NCBI GenBank assembly: GCA_002633005.1
Contig: NMRA01000225.1
Location: forward strand, 591,115 to 655,114
DNA length: 64,000 bases
Direction: 5' to 3'
Source of the DNA: Phoronis australis
Lineage: Eukaryota; Animalia; Phoronida
Part shown: piece after piece, positions 63,466 to 64,000 of the stretch
Position numbering within the stretch: position 1 is the stretch's first letter
How the letters are laid out: each line of letters begins with the position of its first letter
The notes under the pieces: model-generated
What the model was told of the DNA's origin: nothing
Seen by the model: only the letters and a program-made list of their open reading frames with translations
Databases searched by the model: none
Translations under genes and position numbers: made by a program

Positions 63466-64000
63466 TGCACTTACGCAAATCACTCAACAATGTGTGGTCT
63501 TTGATTATTTGTAGACAGTGGCGCATTGGTTTGGGCCCTGGACTCTTGTTTGTGAGACTCGGGTTCGAATCCTGGCTTTCACTGGCAGACAATTGGGCAT
63601 TGTACGAAGTTGTCTCCTACTCCTCTGAGCTCAGTCTTACTAGTGAGTGAATAAATGTATGCATGGGAAAGAATGAGAACCACCGCCCAATACTCAACTG
63701 TGTAGTGCAAACAAGAGGAAAAAAGAAGTGCAATTTTGCAACTTAGAATTTCTTACCTGGGGGCCGGAGGGAATTCCATGGGTTATAAAACAGGTCACTT
63801 CATTTTCATACTCTAGGGCCAAGTCAACTTGGACCCAGAGCAATGTACACACGTTTTTCTAACCAGGTTTAGTTTGTGTAATTCAATGCTTTCATGCCTA
63901 TGTACCTAATGTTGCTGTTATTTGTTGACTTGGGAAGGAACCGTCTGGTAAAGTTTCTAAAGAGTATAGAAGGCATCGGATATGGAGAAGTTTTTAAAAA
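61617..64000. repeat. Tandem ~1.0-kb repeat region, partly inflated by N-joined overlaps
   Basis: GAACCACC.CCCAATACTC occurs at ~61999, 62672 and 63677, and CTTACGCAAATCACTC at ~61625, 61815 and 63470. Single Ns lie at 61814 and 62671. Confidence 0.85.
63516..63658 (+). mobile_element. tRNA-derived SINE-like insert, with copies also at ~61671 and ~61861
   Basis: A Pol III A-box-like TGGCGCATTGG and a B box GGTTCGAATCC are followed by ~85 bp of tail ending in AATAAA. The B box is mutated in the other two copies. Confidence 0.55.

Noticed and set aside
63516-63580. Functional tRNA gene
   Set aside because: A and B boxes are present, but I could not form a convincing cloverleaf, there is no oligo-T terminator, and the other copies have mutated B boxes. 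A SINE head fits better.

Overview
This is eukaryotic DNA from an animal, probably a marine invertebrate. It has GT-AG introns, is AT-rich, and comes from a draft assembly with N gaps and duplicated sequence at the joins. Four spliced genes can be reconstructed. (1) A 3-exon, ~339-aa RING-ubiquitin-like-TerD fusion gene (+, 8957-10980). (2) RFC4 (-, 9 coding exons, ~352 aa). (3) GTF2F2/RAP30 (+, 7 exons, ~245 aa), head-to-head with RFC4. (4) A giant RNF213/mysterin-like AAA+ protein (-, at least ~4,550 aa), mostly in one ~11.7-kb exon. Repeats include a 4.5-kb tandem array of Helentron/HINE-like units, inverted CAGTG-ended MITE-like copies flanking RFC4 exons 2-3, a Penelope-like RT remnant, SINE fragments, and a decayed P2X7-ballast/KolobokP-like element at the right end. 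The two most interesting signals are the intron-containing RING-Ubl-TerD protein, which joins a bacterial stress domain to ubiquitin modules, and the RNF213-like protein. The latter keeps its ATPase motifs but shows no RING and has a shortened RZ finger apparently lacking the catalytic loop. All family calls are by-eye motif recognition; no searches were run.
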